Shown: positions 21,344 to 29,786 of the stretch, in pieces | Layout of the letters: each line of letters opens with the position of its first letter | How positions within the stretch are numbered: the first letter of the stretch is position 1 | From: Azohydromonas sp. | GTDB lineage: Bacteria; Pseudomonadota; Gammaproteobacteria; Burkholderiales; Burkholderiaceae_C | Length of the DNA: 64,000 nt | Direction: 5' to 3' | Assembly: GCF_035325925.1 (NCBI RefSeq) | Contig: NZ_DAOKZA010000004.1 | Span: forward strand, 51,745-115,744 | Notes under the pieces: model-generated | What the model was told of the DNA's origin: nothing | Database searches by the model: none | Seen by the model: the letters and a program-made list of their open reading frames with translations, nothing else | Program-made: the position numbers and the translations under genes

Positions 21344-22156
21344 ATGAACCTCCGAGAACTCCATCACCCCGCCGCTACGCTGCCGGCCGCCACCGACGGC
21401 TTCCGCCTCGAGCTGAAGCCCGAGCAGGAGCGCGCCGACATCGTGCTCGACCGCCCGCCCTTCAACGTGGTCAGCATGCTGGCGCGCGAGCAGTTGCGCA
21501 TCGCCTTCGAGGCGCTGGATGCCGACGAGCGCATCCGCGTGATCGTGCTGCGCGGCGCCGGCGAGCATTTCTCCAGCGGCGGCGACATCAAGGGCTTCCT
21601 CGAGGCCACGCCCGAACACGTCAGCAAGCTGGCCTGGAACGTGGCGGCGCCGGCGCGATGCAGCAAGCCGGTCATCGCGGCCGCGCGCGGCTACTGCTTC
21701 GGTGTCGGCTTCGAGCTGTCGCTGGCTTGCGACTTCCGCCTCGCCTCCGAAACCGCGCTGTACGCGCTGCCCGAGCAGAAGCTGGGCCAGATCCCCGGCT
21801 CGGGCGGCAGCGCGCGGCTGCAGAAGATGGTCGGCATCACCCGCACGAAGGACATCGTGATGCGCTCGCGCCGCATCGGCGGCCGCCAGGCCTTCGACTG
21901 GGGCGTGGCCACCGACTGCGTGCCCGATGCCGAGCTCGAGCGGACGACGGACGCGCTGGTCGACGAACTGCGCGCTTTCTCGCCGATCGCGCAGCGCACC
22001 GCCAAGAAGCTGCTCAACGACACCGAGGACTCGCCGCTGTCCATCGCCATCGAGCTGGAAGGGCACTGCTATTCGCGCCTGCGCAGCTCGGAGGATTTCC
22101 GCGAGGGCGTCGAGGCCTTCCACGCCAAGCGCAGGCCCGGCTTCGTCGGCCGCTGA
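21344..22156 (+). CDS. Enoyl-CoA hydratase/isomerase (crotonase) family protein (HmfE-like position)
   Basis: VIVLRGAGEHFSSGGDIKGF and GYCFGVGFELSLACDFRLA are crotonase-fold signatures. Confidence 0.9.
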   Translation: MNLRELHHPAATLPAATDGFRLELKPEQERADIVLDRPPFNVVSMLAREQLRIAFEALDADERIRVIVLRGAGEHFSSGGDIKGFLEATPEHVSKLAWNVAAPARCSKPVIAAARGYCFGVGFELSLACDFRLASETALYALPEQKLGQIPGSGGSARLQKMVGITRTKDIVMRSRRIGGRQAFDWGVATDCVPDAELERTTDALVDELRAFSPIAQRTAKKLLNDTEDSPLSIAIELEGHCYSRLRSSEDFREGVEAFHAKRRPGFVGR

Positions 22157-22192
22157 TCCATCCCGTTCCCCAACCCCCACAGGAGACAAGAC

Positions 22193-23368
22193 ATGAACAA
22201 GTACATCGTCGCGGCCGGCGCACTGGCCGTGGCCACCGTTGGCAGCAGCCCCGCCTTCGCCCAGTCCGGCCCGATCCGGGTTGGCGTCGTCACGCCGCTG
22301 TCGGGCACCTATGCGGGCATCGGCCAGCAGGTGAAGTGGGGTCTGGACCTGGCCGCCGCACAGATCAACGCGGCCGGTGGTGTGATGGGTCGCAAGCTCG
22401 AGCTGGTCTATGAAGACGAGGAGGCGAATCCGGCCGTGGCGACACAGAAGGCCGAGAAGCTGTTCCAGGTCGGCAAGGTCGACTTCCTCACCGGCACGGT
22501 GAATTCGGGCTCCACCCTCGCCGTGGGCCAGGTGGCCGAGCGCAACAACCGGCTGATCGCCACCACGGTGTCCTTCGCCGACTCGATCACCGCCGAGAAG
22601 TGCAGCCCCAACGTGTTCCGCGTGAACGCGCGCGCGGGCATGCAGAGCGCCGCGCTGGCCGACTGGATGGCCTCAACGCAGAAGAACGCCAACGTGTTCT
22701 ACCTGGGGCCCGACTACGAGATGGGCCGCAGCACCGTGGCGGCGTTCAAGGCGGCGGCCGAAGGCAAGGGCGCGAAGACGGTCGGCGAGGTGTTCGCGCC
22801 GCTGGACAACAAGGACTACTCGCCGTACTTCGGGCAGATCCGCGGCGCCCGCCCGACGGTGATCTACACCTCCGTGGCCGGCAACGACACGGTGCGGCTG
22901 TTCACCCAGATGGCCGAGTTCGGCGTCAACCGCAACGTGCAGGTGGTGGGCGCCTCGGGCACGGTGACGGGCCAGAATCTCGCCGCCATTGGCAAGGCGG
23001 CTGACGGTTTCGTCACCGGTGTCGGCTACTCGCCCAGCATCGATTCGGCGGAGAACCGCAGGTTCGTCGCCGACTTCGAGGCCGCGAACAAGGCCAAGCC
23101 CGACCTGTACGGCGCCGACTCCTACGGCGTGCTGTTCTTCTACAAGGCGGCGGTGGAGAAGGCCAGGAGCACCGACACCGACAAGGTGCGCGAGGCGATG
23201 CGCGGCCTGCAGTGGGCCACGCCGCAGGGCACGAAGACCCTGCGCGCCGGCGACCACCAGGCGATGCAGGACATGTACGCCGTGAAGTTGGAGGGCGGCC
23301 AGTTCCGCATCGTCGGCAAGGTGGCGGCCGAGGCGGCGATCGGCCCCGACGCCTGCGCCCGCTTCTGA
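22193..23368 (+). CDS. ABC transporter periplasmic substrate-binding protein (Liv/branched-chain type fold)
   Basis: The signal peptide is MNKYIVAAGALAVATVGSSPAFA, followed by IRVGVVTPLSGTYAGIGQQ. Confidence 0.9.
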   Translation: MNKYIVAAGALAVATVGSSPAFAQSGPIRVGVVTPLSGTYAGIGQQVKWGLDLAAAQINAAGGVMGRKLELVYEDEEANPAVATQKAEKLFQVGKVDFLTGTVNSGSTLAVGQVAERNNRLIATTVSFADSITAEKCSPNVFRVNARAGMQSAALADWMASTQKNANVFYLGPDYEMGRSTVAAFKAAAEGKGAKTVGEVFAPLDNKDYSPYFGQIRGARPTVIYTSVAGNDTVRLFTQMAEFGVNRNVQVVGASGTVTGQNLAAIGKAADGFVTGVGYSPSIDSAENRRFVADFEAANKAKPDLYGADSYGVLFFYKAAVEKARSTDTDKVREAMRGLQWATPQGTKTLRAGDHQAMQDMYAVKLEGGQFRIVGKVAAEAAIGPDACARF

Positions 23369-23378
23369 GGGCGCTGAC

Positions 23379-24263
23379 ATGGTCGACTGGATGCAGTTCG
23401 TGCTGGCGCCCCAGGTCGTCAACGGCCTGTCCATCGGCGTGGCGGTGGTGTTGATGGCGCTCGGGCTGACGATCATCTTCGGCCTGCTCGACGTCATCAA
23501 CATGGCGCACGGCGAGTTCTATGCGATCGGCGCCTATGCGGCGCTGGCGCTCATCGGCGTGGGCCTGCCTTTCTGGTGGGCGCTCGTGCTGACGCCACCG
23601 CTGATGGCGGTGGTGGGCTACGCGACGGAGCGCGCGCTGATACAGCGCGTGTTCCACAGCAAGGACCGCCACACGCTGACGCTGCTGTTGACCTTCGGCA
23701 TTGCCGTCATCCTGGAGGACACGTTGAAGATCGTCTTCGGCGCCAACCCGCTGCGCATCGAGCAACCTATCTCCGGGGCCACCGAGATGTTCGGGCTGTT
23801 CTTTCCCAACTACCGCCTGTTCCTGATGGCGGTGGGCACGGCGGTGATCGCCGCGGTGTGGCTGGTGGTGTTCCGGACGCGGCTTGGCGCGATGGTGCGC
23901 GCTGCCGCCTTCGACCGCCACATGGCGGCCTCGCTGGGCGTGCCGGTCAGCGTGGTCTACGCGGGCACCTTTGCCTTCGGCGTGGCGTTGGCCGGCCTGT
24001 CGGGTGTGCTGCTGGCGCCGATCTACTCGGTGTTCCCGACCATGGGCCGCGACTTCGTGCTCATCGCGTTCAGCGTCGTGATCATCGGCGGCATGGGCTC
24101 GGTCAAGGGCGCCGTCATCGCCGGCCTGCTGCTGACCCAGGTGCAGTCGATCTCCAGCCTGCTCATCTCGCCGGTTTGGAGCGATCCGCTGCTGTTCGGA
24201 ATCATGGTGCTGGTGCTGATGTGGCGCCCGCACGGCTTGTTCGGGAGGCTCGGTCATGGGTGA
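23379..24263 (+). CDS. Branched-chain-type ABC permease (LivH-like)
   Basis: Polytopic membrane protein; INMAHGEFYAIGAY is a LivH-family signature. Confidence 0.9.
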   Translation: MVDWMQFVLAPQVVNGLSIGVAVVLMALGLTIIFGLLDVINMAHGEFYAIGAYAALALIGVGLPFWWALVLTPPLMAVVGYATERALIQRVFHSKDRHTLTLLLTFGIAVILEDTLKIVFGANPLRIEQPISGATEMFGLFFPNYRLFLMAVGTAVIAAVWLVVFRTRLGAMVRAAAFDRHMAASLGVPVSVVYAGTFAFGVALAGLSGVLLAPIYSVFPTMGRDFVLIAFSVVIIGGMGSVKGAVIAGLLLTQVQSISSLLISPVWSDPLLFGIMVLVLMWRPHGLFGRLGHG

Positions 24264-25269
24264 GGTTCTGACGATCGGCAGCGCTGCGGCGCCGGCCGCT
24301 CCCAGGCGACGCTCGGGCGTTCGTTGGCTGAGCTACGCGTTCTTCGCGATGGCGCTGCTGTTCGCGGCGGTGGCGGCGGCCCTCGGCGATGTCTTCTTCT
24401 TCCGCCTGGCCACCGAGTCGCTGATCTTTGGCGGCCTCGCGCTCAGCGTGGACCTCCTGCTCGGGCGCACCGGCTTGCTGCCGCTGGGGCAGGCGCTGTT
24501 CTTCGGCTTCGGCGCCTACGTCTCGGCGCTGACGCTCAAGCACCTGGCGCCCTCGCTGCCGCTGGCGCTGGCGGTGGTGCTGCTAAGTGGCACGGTGGTC
24601 GGGCTGGTCGGCGGGTTGATCGCCATCCGCGCCAAGGGCGTGTACTTCGCGCTGATCAGCTTCGGCCTTGCACAGGTGGTGAGCAAGATCGTGTTCAACA
24701 CGCGCGAACTGGGTGCATCGGACGGGTTGATCGGCGTGCCGGCGCCGGTCGTCAGCCTCGGCGTGGCCAGCCTGGACACCGCCCACGCGCCGAGCTTCTT
24801 CCTGCTCGTGCTGGCCGGCATGGCCGTGCTGCTGGCCCTGCTGATGCGCCTGATGGACACGCCCTTCGGCCGCCAGCTCGACGCCGTTCGCACCAACGAG
24901 CAGCGCCTGGCCTTCCTGGGCTTCGACCCGTGGCGCTACAAGCTCGCGGCCTTCGTGCTCGCGGCCGACATCGCTGCCCTCAGCGGCGCGCTCTACCCGA
25001 TGCTGCGCGGCTTCGTCTCGCCGGAGCTGATGTTCTTCCAGGTCTCGGGCAACGCGGTGATCAACGTGATCGTCGGCGGCACGGGCACCTTCGTCGGTGC
25101 GCTGTACGGCTCGGCGCTGCTCACGGTACTCAAGTCCGTGGTCGGCTCCTTCACCGCCCACCATGCCATCGTGATCGGCGCCTTGTTCGTCGTCTCGGTG
25201 ATCTTCTTTCCCAAGGGTCTGGTGGGCTACCTCGCGCCGGCCCTGGAGCGCCTGTGGAGCCGCCGATGA
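24256..25269 (+). CDS. Branched-chain-type ABC permease (LivM-like)
   Basis: Polytopic membrane protein that overlaps the upstream gene by 8 nt. GLLPLGQALFFGFGAY is present. Confidence 0.9.
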   Translation: MGEVLTIGSAAAPAAPRRRSGVRWLSYAFFAMALLFAAVAAALGDVFFFRLATESLIFGGLALSVDLLLGRTGLLPLGQALFFGFGAYVSALTLKHLAPSLPLALAVVLLSGTVVGLVGGLIAIRAKGVYFALISFGLAQVVSKIVFNTRELGASDGLIGVPAPVVSLGVASLDTAHAPSFFLLVLAGMAVLLALLMRLMDTPFGRQLDAVRTNEQRLAFLGFDPWRYKLAAFVLAADIAALSGALYPMLRGFVSPELMFFQVSGNAVINVIVGGTGTFVGALYGSALLTVLKSVVGSFTAHHAIVIGALFVVSVIFFPKGLVGYLAPALERLWSRR

Positions 25270-26042
25270 AGCCGATCACCGACGACGCGATCCTTCAGGT
25301 GCGTGGCCTTTCCGTGCGCTTCGGCGCACTGGTGGCCGTGGACGGCGTCGGCTTCGACGCGCAGCGAGGTCACATCACGGCCGTGATCGGGCCCAACGGT
25401 GCCGGCAAGAGCAGCCTGTTCAACCTGATCAGCGGCGCGATCCGGCCCAGCGCCGGCCAGGTGCTGCTCGAGGGCCGCGACGTGACGGGCTCGAGCCCTG
25501 ACCGCATGCTCGCCGCCGGGCTGTCGCGATCGTTCCAGATCACCAACCTGTTCTTCGAGCTGCCGGTGCGCGAGAACCTGCGCCTGGCCGCGCAGTTTGT
25601 CGAATGCGGGCGCGGGCTGCTGCGGCATGTCTCGGCCAGCCGTGCCGCCCAGTGCCGCGTCGACGAGCTGATCGAGCGCTTCTCGCTGCAATCACGGGCC
25701 GACGAACTCGCAGGCTTTCTCTCGCATGGTGAGCAGCGCCGTCTGGAGATCGCCGTGGCGCTGGCGGCGCGGCCGCGCGTGCTGCTGCTCGACGAGCCGA
25801 CGCAAGGCATGAGCCACGCCGACACGCAGGACACCGCGGCGTTGATTCGCGGCCTGGTCGACGACGGTCTGTCGATCCTGCTGGTGGAGCACGACGTGGA
25901 TCTGGTGATGGACCTGTCGGACCACGTGGTCGTTATGCACCAGGGCGCGAAGCTGGCCGAAGGCCGGCCGCAGGCGGTGCGCGCCGACCCGGCGGTGCAG
26001 GCGGCGTATTTCGGCGAAGCGCAGGAGCCGGCCCATGCTTGA
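25266..26042 (+). CDS. ABC transporter ATP-binding protein (LivG-like)
   Basis: Walker A GPNGAGKSS, signature LSHGEQRRLEIA and Walker B LLLDEP are present. There is an ATGA overlap with the permease gene. Confidence 0.9.
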   Translation: MKPITDDAILQVRGLSVRFGALVAVDGVGFDAQRGHITAVIGPNGAGKSSLFNLISGAIRPSAGQVLLEGRDVTGSSPDRMLAAGLSRSFQITNLFFELPVRENLRLAAQFVECGRGLLRHVSASRAAQCRVDELIERFSLQSRADELAGFLSHGEQRRLEIAVALAARPRVLLLDEPTQGMSHADTQDTAALIRGLVDDGLSILLVEHDVDLVMDLSDHVVVMHQGAKLAEGRPQAVRADPAVQAAYFGEAQEPAHA

Positions 26043-26742
26043 GTTGAGTGACGTTCACACCCACTACGGCCTCAGCCATGTGCTGCAGGGCGTCAGCCTG
26101 CACGTCGCGCCGGGCGAGGTGGTCGGCCTGTTCGGTCGCAATGGCGTGGGGAAGACCACGGTGATGAAGACCATCGCCGGCTGGGTGGCGCCGAGCCGCG
26201 GGTCGGTGCAACTGGAAGGGCAAGCGATTGGCGGCCTGCCGCCGGAGCGGATCTGCCGGCGCGGCATCGGCTTCGTCCCCGAAGACCGGCGGATCTTTCC
26301 CGGCCTGACCGTGCAGGAGAACCTGGTGCTCGGCTTCATGCAGAGCCCCGGCCGCAGCCGGGCCCAAGACCGACGCCAACTCGAAGCGATCTACACGCGC
26401 TTTCCGCGGCTGGGGGAGCGGCGCGGTCAGATGGGCACGACGCTGTCCGGTGGCGAACAGCAGATGCTGGCGATGGCGCGTGTGCTCGTCGGGGCGCCGC
26501 GTCTGCTGCTGATCGACGAGCCGACCGAGGGGCTGGCGCCGAAGATCGTTGATGAGATCTTTGCGCTGATGGAAGGGCTGCGCCGAGACGGCATCCCCAT
26601 CCTGCTGGTGGAGCAGAACATGCACCGCGCCATCGGTCTGGTACAGCGCTTCTACGTGCTGGAGCGCGGCGCCATCGTGCTCGAAGGTGATGGTGGCAAC
26701 ACCGCTGATCGCGAGGCGCTGATGCGGCAGCTGGCTGTCTGA
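26035..26742 (+). CDS. ABC transporter ATP-binding protein (LivF-like)
   Basis: Walker A GRNGVGKTT, signature LSGGEQQMLAMA and Walker B LLIDEP are present. Confidence 0.9.
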   Translation: MLELSDVHTHYGLSHVLQGVSLHVAPGEVVGLFGRNGVGKTTVMKTIAGWVAPSRGSVQLEGQAIGGLPPERICRRGIGFVPEDRRIFPGLTVQENLVLGFMQSPGRSRAQDRRQLEAIYTRFPRLGERRGQMGTTLSGGEQQMLAMARVLVGAPRLLLIDEPTEGLAPKIVDEIFALMEGLRRDGIPILLVEQNMHRAIGLVQRFYVLERGAIVLEGDGGNTADREALMRQLAV

Positions 26743-26743
26743 C

Positions 26744-27151
26744 ATGGCTGCGCACGACGAACGCATCGCCTGGCTGCTCAGCGCCGAGGCCATCGACGGC
26801 ACGAACGGCGACGTGATGGCCAGCCTGTCCGCGGCTGCAGCCGCGGGTTTCCGTGCGGTCGCGATACACCCGTCAACATGGCACGGCAGCGTCGGGCAGC
26901 GCCTGCAGGCGCGGGCGACGTGCCTCGGCCTGCGATGCGTCGTCCTGCACGGCGCATCGCACCATCGACTCTCCGCGCCGCTGGGCGGGGCCGAGCGCAG
27001 GTCCCTGGCGAACGCGCTGTCACGCGAAGGTTTCGATGGACTCATCCTGTGCGTCGGCGGCGAAGTCGACGCTCCTGTCGCATCGCTGTTGGCCACGGCG
27101 AGAGCGCTGGTGCGGGATCTGGATCAACGCGACTGGGAGCGGTACCAATGA
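26744..27151 (+). CDS. Short hypothetical ORF, possibly a truncated TIM-barrel (sugar-phosphate isomerase/epimerase-like) remnant
   Basis: It starts 1 nt after the livF-like stop. AAGFRAVAIHP...GLRCVVLH resembles the first half of xylose-isomerase-like TIM barrels. At 135 aa it is about half the usual size. Confidence 0.35.
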   Translation: MAAHDERIAWLLSAEAIDGTNGDVMASLSAAAAAGFRAVAIHPSTWHGSVGQRLQARATCLGLRCVVLHGASHHRLSAPLGGAERRSLANALSREGFDGLILCVGGEVDAPVASLLATARALVRDLDQRDWERYQ

Positions 27152-27321
27152 AGGTCGGATCACGGTGCCCCGGTGTCGAGTCAGCAGTCCGATGCTAGAG
27201 AGCGCCGGTGCGTGACCCGGCTGCAGACCGTCCACTGCGCCGAGATGACGGCTGCAGGTGCGCGCAAACGGGTCAGGTCCGTCCAACCAACCGCTTGGGT
27301 CGTCGTGGCGATGCGCTGTGA

Positions 27322-27717
27322 TCACGCCACGAGCGTCATGCCCGCCGCCTTCGCCGCACCGGTGTCAAAGGTCATCGTCGCCCGGCACCCATGCGCCTGC
27401 GCGATGCGCTCGATCAGGCAGTCCGCGAAGTCGGCGCCGCCCCTCGCAAAGCGCCGTTGCGCCTGCAGCACGAGGTCAGCGCGGTCGACCACGATCTCCT
27501 TGCTGCGCAGCAGCAGGTCCAGCGACTCGACCAGCTGGTCCCGGTTCAGCCCGTAGCTGGACGACAGCACCCAGACGAGCTCGACGACCGCCACCAGCGG
27601 CACGAAGCCGGGTTGATCGCTGGTCAGGCTCTCGATCAGGCGCGTGGCGTTCGGCGACTGCTTCGGGTCGTCCTGCATGATGTAGCGCACCAGGACGTTG
27701 GTATCGAGCCCGATCAT
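27322..27717 (-). CDS. vapC: PIN-domain toxin VapC
   Basis: MIGLDTNVLVRYIMQDD (first acidic residue), later acidic residues, and a C-terminal CLIERIA...TFD are present. There is an ATGA overlap with the antitoxin gene. Confidence 0.9.
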   Translation of the reverse strand: MIGLDTNVLVRYIMQDDPKQSPNATRLIESLTSDQPGFVPLVAVVELVWVLSSSYGLNRDQLVESLDLLLRSKEIVVDRADLVLQAQRRFARGGADFADCLIERIAQAHGCRATMTFDTGAAKAAGMTLVA

Positions 27718-27956
27718 CGCGACCGTGTGGCCTGCGCCGCGATGGCTGCGTTCATCTCCTCGATGGAGACGGTGCCCTTGGGCTTGCCGAAGCGCCCCTT
27801 GAGCTCGCGCACCGAGCGCGTGGCGGCGATCACCTCGAAGCGCCCGGGCTCGATCTCGACGAACTCGACCCGGTCACCGGCCTCGACGTTGAGCGCGCGG
27901 CGCACGTCGACCGGGATCGTGATCTGGCCCTTGGTGGTCAGTGTGGCGGTCGACAC
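27714..27956 (-). CDS. vapB: AbrB/MazE/SpoVT-type antitoxin VapB
   Basis: LTTKGQITIPVDVRRALNVEAGDRVEF is the swapped-hairpin AbrB fold signature. The start is GTG, preceded by GGGAGAAG. Confidence 0.88.
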   Translation of the reverse strand: MSTATLTTKGQITIPVDVRRALNVEAGDRVEFVEIEPGRFEVIAATRSVRELKGRFGKPKGTVSIEEMNAAIAAQATRSR

Positions 27957-27971
27957 GAGGCTTCTCCCGTT

Positions 27972-27989
27972 CCTTACCTCATTGTAAGG
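27972..27989. promoter_or_regulatory. Candidate vapBC operator/promoter inverted repeat
   Basis: CCTTAC-ctcatt-GTAAGG has perfect 6-bp arms. It sits in a locally AT-richer stretch 16-33 nt upstream of the vapB GTG. The minus strand reads CTTACAATGAG with a TACAAT -10-like hexamer. Confidence 0.3.
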
Positions 27990-28131
27990 CGGTCTGGACG
28001 CCAGGTTGAGGCGAGGAGGGCGGCTTCGCGTACGGCCTCAATTGGCGCGCCTGCGAGGGGGATCAGGAGGGGACCGTGGCCAGGAGGATGGCCTCGAAGG
28101 CCGCGCCATCCTTGGAAGAAGAAGTCACCCC

Positions 28132-28209
28132 CAGGTACTGCGCCATCATCGGCGTGTGCGCGGCGAGGCCGGCCTTGAGCAGTTCGGCCGTGGTGATCGG
28201 AGCAGTCAT
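28132..28209 (-). pseudogene. Fragment of a second mutS gene (first 26 codons only)
   Basis: Manual translation from ATG at 28209 gives MTAPITTAELLKAGLAAHTPMMAQYL. The resident MutS begins [26 protein letters not shown]. About 35 nt upstream of the ATG also resemble the resident mutS leader. Similarity stops abruptly after the YL codons. Confidence 0.7.
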
Positions 28210-28603
28210 CTCGGCCGCCATGGTAGGCCACGGCCGACAGGGTGCCGGCGGGCGAGGCCCACCCTCCGGCTGCGCTCGAGTCGCTCGGTGAGGGCGTGCG
28301 AGCGCTTCACCAGTGCCTGCGACCCCTTCCGGATCCTCGCCGACCGGCGGCGAAGGTTCGGTCTGCGCTGTGAAGCGGTTGAGCGCCGGCGAGCGCCGGT
28401 TTTCAGTCGCGGCGCATCAGGGGCCGGCGACCGTAGAGTTCTGCGACAGTCCGCCGCCGAGATCGCCGATCGAGACACGCCGGCGGTACCCGGCCATCAG
28501 CAGTCATTGGCGAACGGCAGCTTCCTGGCATCCCGAGGCGATCGCAAGCCGATCACCGGAACGGGGTGACGCACGGGTGGGCACCCCCAGGCAGGCGGCA
28601 CTC

Positions 28604-29207
28604 TGAGCGAATGATGCGCCGCGGATGTCGCAGGCCGCGGCGCGCCTGGTGGACCATGTCATCTCCCAGGTGCCGGTGCGGCCGTGGGTGCTGTCGCTGC
28701 CGATTCCGCTGCGCGTGCTGCTCGCCGCGCAGCCCGAGCGGGTCACGCCGGTGCTGGAGGTGGTGCAGCGCGTGCTCACGCGGTATTTGCTGGCGGCTGC
28801 CAGTCTTGGGAGCGACGAAGGTCACGGTGGCGCGATCAAGCCAATCCGGCGCTTCGGCTCCGCGGCCAACTTGATCGTCCACCTGCACTGGCTGGTGCGG
28901 GACGGCATGTACCGGGACCATCATCGCCCGCCTCATGAAGATGCTCACGCGCCGCGGTGTGCTGGTCGAAGACATGGGCCAGACCGACCTGAGCGCGCCG
29001 GATGCCCACGGCGAGCAGGCGCGCACGCTGCGCCCGCTGCAGGCCGCGGCCATCACTTGCCGCATCGCCTTCGGCCCCCGCGCCGCACAGAAGGTGCCGA
29101 CGCTCAGGGGCGCGACGCCGCGCGAGAGCGCAGCGCACCGACCCCTGTGCGCCGACATCGACGACTTCAGCCTGCACGCCGCGGTGCGGGTCGAGGCACG
29201 GCGAGCC
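28604..29207 (+). mobile_element. IS91-family transposase remnant lacking both ends, with an internal deletion and frameshift
   Basis: Frame 1 reads AARLVDHVISQVPVRPWVLSLPIPLRVLLAAQPERV...IRRFGSAANLIVHLHWLVRDGMYR. Frame 2, from about 28918, reads IIARLMKMLTRRGVLVED...LRPLQAAAITCRIAFGPRAAQKV...LCADIDDFSLHAAVRV. These blocks match remembered IS91-family (zinc-binding plus Y2-type) transposases. No intact ORF, inverted repeat or ori/ter ends were identified. Confidence 0.75.
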
Positions 29208-29211
29208 GCCC

Positions 29212-29500
29212 CTCGAGGAAGGCGCGTGCGCAGACGCCGGGCGCCGCTGGAAGAAGACGAGGTCGCCGCCGAGGCCTTCGCTGCAGGCGCGGAAGAAGTG
29301 GTTGAAGCCGACCTCGGACAGGTCGGCCGCGCTCGCGTGGCTCGCGATGGGGCCGCCGAGCTCGCCGTCGGCCTGGTTCGCCTTGACGACCATCGCGAGT
29401 GCGTTCCAGCGCATCAGCGCGGCGAGCCGCTCCTCGATCGCGAGGTCGCCGGGGAAGGGCGGCTGCGCAGCGACCGGGATCGTGTTGACGCAGGGCGTTC
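29212..29500 (-). pseudogene. Internal fragment of pyruvate dehydrogenase E1 (AceE), frameshifted
   Basis: Minus-strand translation gives VNTIPVAAQPPFPGDLAIEERLAALMRWNALAMVVKANQADGELGGPIASHASAADLSEVGFNHFFRA..GGDLVFFQ. After a frameshift it continues PGVCARAFLEGRL. This is colinear with roughly residues 60-170 of AceE. It abuts the IS91 remnant at about 29208-29211. Confidence 0.7.
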
Positions 29501-29786
29501 CGATCGGCGGCGTCCAGCCGACGCCGAGCGCCCGACCGGCACCGGGTCGTTCCCAGGTCTGGACTGGGCCTGCCCTTGGCCGTCCGAGATTGACGTTCCC
29601 CCCAGCCCCCAGGGTCCACTGGAGAGGCGCACACCGCGCCCACGGGCGGGATGGCGCCGGTGTCGGGCGGTCTTGCGCGCATGCCGCCGGGATCCGCCGA
29701 ACTCCGGGGTGCTTTGCATGGCCACGGCAACTCGCGCCGGCGCGCGGTGTTCCGGCAGGCCCACGGCCGTGGCGCCGCCGTGCCGC

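Noticed and set aside
27974-28231. 85-aa minus-strand ORF between vapB and the IS91 remnant
   Set aside because: It reads the mutS-like fragment out of frame and is Gly/Arg/His/Pro-rich. The in-frame mutS homology covers only 26 codons, so no functional gene is supported.
28230-28600. Possible degraded N-terminal part of the IS91-family transposase (for example NGSFLASRGDR versus the CGILAHGFAR-type zinc-finger region)
   Set aside because: The similarity is too weak and is interrupted by stops in every frame. I could not support it without a search, so the remnant is called only from 28604.
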